From Stegostoma tigrinum (taxonomy: Eukaryota): a stretch of DNA of 64,000 nucleotides. A program made the translations under genes and the position numbers. Positions 63,105-64,000 of the stretch are shown piece by piece. The notes beneath the pieces are model-generated. The model worked only from the letters and a program-made list of their open reading frames with translations, was not told where the DNA came from and made no database searches. Position 1 is the stretch's first letter, and every line of letters begins with the position of its first letter. The stretch is taken from positions 24,547,440 through 24,611,439 of the forward strand of contig NC_081371.1 of the NCBI RefSeq assembly GCF_030684315.1, read 5' to 3'.

Positions 63105-63273
63105 AGATAGTAAGAACTGCTGATGCTGGAGTAACGCAGTGTGGAGCTGAGTGAACACAGCAGGCCTGGCAGCATCAGAGGAGCAGGAAAGGTGAAGTTT
63201 TAGGTTGGGACCCTTCATCAGAAATTTCTGAAGCTTTCCTGCTCCTCTGATGATGCCTGGCCTGCTGTGTTCC
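63105..63273. mobile_element. PLE-derived hairpin element, family A
   Basis: TSD TCCAGGTAAG (63095-63104 / 63274-63283). Centre cccttcatcagaaatttctgaag. Confidence 0.82.
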
Positions 63274-63394
63274 TCCAGGTAAGCCATTTTTCACTTTCAC
63301 TAACACTGCCCTGACGAAAGGGAGCATTACTTTGTGGTTGCAGATTGTGTTGGAATAAAATTCGGCTGCTGTTGATGTCCCACAATACCTCTAT

Positions 63395-64000
63395 AAGATC
63401 ATAAGTCATAGGAACATAAGTATGCCATTCAGTCCATCACGCCTGCTCTAGCACTCAAAAAGATCTTGGCTGATCTGATAACCCACAAATCCACTTTCCT
63501 GCCTTTTCCTCATGACCCTTGATTCCTTTACTGATCAGTTTTTTCAGCCTTGAAATTACTAATGACCCAACCTGTACAGCCTTCTTTCATAATGAATTCT
63601 ACAGATTCGCTACTTTCTGAAAGAAATTCCTTCTCATTAAATGTTCAATCCCTTATTCTGAGGTTATGCCTGCTTGTTGTAGACTCTCTGACAAGGGGAG
63701 ATAACTTTCCTATATCTGCCCCATCAAATCGCCTAAGAATCTTATATGTTTCAAAAAGGTTGTGTCTGATTTTTCTCAGCACCAATGAAGACAGGCTCAA
63801 CCTACTCAACGTCTCCTCATAAGACAATCCCTTCCATACCTGGTATCAGCCTAGTGAATCTTCCCTGAACTGCTTCTAGTGCTAGAATATCTTCCCTTAG
63901 AAAAGGAGAACAAAACTCTTCACAATATTCCAGCTGTGGCCTACTAGTTTCAGCAAAATCTCCAAATTTTTACATCCCATTTCCTTTGAAATAGCACTCC
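63395..64000 (-). mobile_element. CR1 LINE 3' fragment (runs off window)
   Basis: SYEETLSRLSLSSL...LFETYKILRRFD; CR1 tail. Confidence 0.85.

Noticed and set aside
19600-64000. Exons of expected syntenic neighbours (TEX52, FOXM1, ITFG2)
   Set aside because: None was recognisable by eye. Short diverged exons could be missed; tblastn would be needed.

Overview
This is AT-rich vertebrate genomic DNA. The repeat complement (CR1/HER1-type LINEs, HE1-like and other tRNA-derived SINEs, Tx1, Penelope-like elements) points to a cartilaginous fish, probably a shark; that assignment is inference. Two host genes are supportable. (1) The first three coding exons of NRIP2 lie on the minus strand (18514-18359, 8683-8507, 1899-1817, all GT-AG, in frame). 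The rest of the gene lies left of the window, and the aspartic-protease DTG motif reads NTG. (2) An intronless 567-codon Lys-rich ORF (43194-44897, +) has a MAP9/CCDC34/CCDC181-like Trp-anchored charged helix, and a candidate RFX/X-box promoter lies about 2.7 kb upstream. Most of the remainder is transposon debris: CR1, L2, Tx1, Gypsy-like LTRs, Harbinger and Tigger relics, SINEs and a 33-bp minisatellite. The most striking pattern is a dense population of Penelope-like element (PLE) 3' ends carrying minimal hammerhead-ribozyme motifs (CTGANGA-a-stem-GAAAC-GTC/GTT). Many are short head-to-head hairpins flanked by target-site duplications (TSDs), with their fold-back centre at the ribozyme core. 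One is a young ~1.06-kb fold-back inside NRIP2 intron 1, and one 66-bp insertion begins exactly at the predicted self-cleavage site. No CRISPR array, rRNA or true tRNA gene was seen. Repeat boundaries are approximate unless a TSD is quoted.
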